Source: Octopus vulgaris
Lineage: Eukaryota
Direction of reading: 5' to 3'
Assembly (NCBI GenBank): GCA_951406725.2
Contig: OX597823.1
Span: 1,984,001 to 2,048,000, forward strand
DNA length: 64,000 nucleotides
The notes beneath the pieces were generated by a model, which had not been told where the DNA came from, made no database searches, and saw nothing but the letters and a program-made list of their open reading frames with translations. A program made the translations under genes and the position numbers. Shown in pieces: positions 62,402 to 64,000 of this stretch (position 1 is the stretch's first letter; each line of letters opens with the position of its first letter).

Positions 62402-63244
62402 TGAATAAAGTAGTCAAAGGGAGTCGTGAATAATCCGACAAGCAATTAAGCGAACATGTCAAAGTTTGGTGGCAGACGACAACTGCAGGCCGACATTTTA
62501 TCAGTGACGAGGGCAAATAAAGAATCAAAAGAAGAAGGTTTATAAAGTGTCACACCAATGTGTGCGTGCGTGCGTGCGTGCGTGCGTGTGTGTATGTCAT
62601 ACATACGTGCATACATTCATACAAACATATATATATGTATGCATTTATGTATGTATGTACACAGAGAAAAATGGACGAAGCTGAGTATATACAAACACAT
62701 ATGTTTGTAGGGAGTGACAGTAAGCATTTTCTCACTTTTTTGTTTCACTTCTTTTTCCAAAATGTTTTTTGTTCTCCGTTCTCGCGAGATCAAATTTCAG
62801 TCGAAATATTATGTTGAATTTCTTTTTAATTTCTGTCCAAACTGGTAACTTGTCATAACGGGTTATAAAACCATCTACCTGGTACATGTTTCTATTAGAT
62901 TTCAGACGGAAAATTGAAAGCACCAATCTTAAGAATGTGTGAGGGTTTATTTGGTACAATTACTTTATGGAGGCGACCGAAGAAAACCACGAGCTCAGCC
63001 AACAGAAAATGATCATTTGATTTCAACATGGAATAAATGATATTTGTACACTTCCTTTTCTGTTTGTTTTATATTTGTAGCCTTTTAATGATCGCTTTTA
63101 TTCAATAGAACCACAGCAGCATTGTGTTAAAGGGGCAAATATATCTTAAGGGGGAAGCCAGAAATCTTTCGTTTTTCTGTTTTTTTTAAAAATCTTTTCT
63201 AATAAAGATTCTCGAGTTAAAAATGTAAATGTTACAAACATTAC

Positions 63245-63284
<40 letters not shown>

Positions 63285-63327
63285 ACTTACACACACATAT
63301 ATATATACACAGACACGCATATGTATG

Positions 63328-63386
<59 letters not shown>

Positions 63387-63389
<3 letters not shown>

Positions 63390-63750
63390 GGGGTTGGCCA
63401 AAAAGCCTGTTCGGTTTCTGTCTACACTAAACTTCAAGCACTCAAATAAGTAACTAACTTGATCCTGCCCCTTGTGCATGCGCACTCGTTATATATTTAA
63501 GCCTAGTTCGACGCGAACTTGCGACGAGACAGATTGTATTTTGTGTGTTTGGAATTGCACTGAAAAAAATAAACAAATAAAACCAACATTTTCGATGTCT
63601 CGTGCGGTTTTTTGTTTGTTTGTTTTCAAAGCAATAAAAGCGGTGGAAACTCGGAGGAAGTTATGTGATGTGTACTGAGGGGATGCTGATGAGGAACGTG
63701 TGTGCCAGAAATGGTTTTCGATATTTCGATCGGAAAATTTGGGGTTTCAA
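63387..63750 (+). mobile_element. Mariner transposon 5' remnant (N-terminal HTH)
   Basis: KAVETRRKLCDVY*GDADEERVCQKWFSIFRSEN matches the Mos1-type HTH; TIR-like TATGGGGTTGGCCAAAAAG follows (TA)n. Confidence 0.7.
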
Positions 63751-64000
63751 ATTTTTTTTTGTTATATAATTGTTGTGTGGACTCAAGAATCGTTCTTTCG
63801 AAAACATCTGGAATTTCAATCAGAAAAGGTTGACCACATCCATACAACTATTCTTTAATGAACACAAAAGACCAATTATAATGTTTACTGAAGAAAGTCA
63901 AAAAACAACATCTAGTTTTTCAGTTAAAACTTTGACCAATTCAAATACAAAAATTATTTTTCCTTTCTCTTCTTTTCCTCCCTCACCTTAAAAGGCCACT

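Noticed and set aside
1-64000. CRISPR arrays, operons or other prokaryotic systems
   Set aside because: The spliceosomal gene and SINE/LINE content show eukaryotic DNA; no repeat-spacer array was seen.

Overview
Eukaryotic, AT-rich, repeat-dense animal DNA. The SINE and microsatellite landscape suggests a coleoid cephalopod (Octopus-like); this is an inference. The only host gene I can support is a complete 12-exon EED/ESC (Polycomb PRC2 WD40 subunit) on the + strand, CDS 6329..25928, 1287 nt, 428 aa. Its intron 4 carries minor-spliceosome (U12-type) signals. About 200 bp upstream of the start codon lies a CpG-rich MITE with long TIRs and a 9-bp TSD (Mutator-like). The rest is transposon debris: tRNA-derived SINE families including a dimeric form, RTE, CR1 and RLE-type LINE remnants, hAT and mariner remnants, and very long (TA)/(TATG)/(CATA) tracts that generate all the long ORFs in the ORF track. 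Most notable non-genic observations: hammerhead-ribozyme motifs in Penelope-like inverted repeats (best at 30130..30178, - strand); a TSD-bounded ORF1-only Tx1/L1-like element whose 3' end matches a SINE tail; and an RTE-like LINE 3' end encoding three tandem C2H2-like fingers. All calls were made by eye, and repeat boundaries are approximate.
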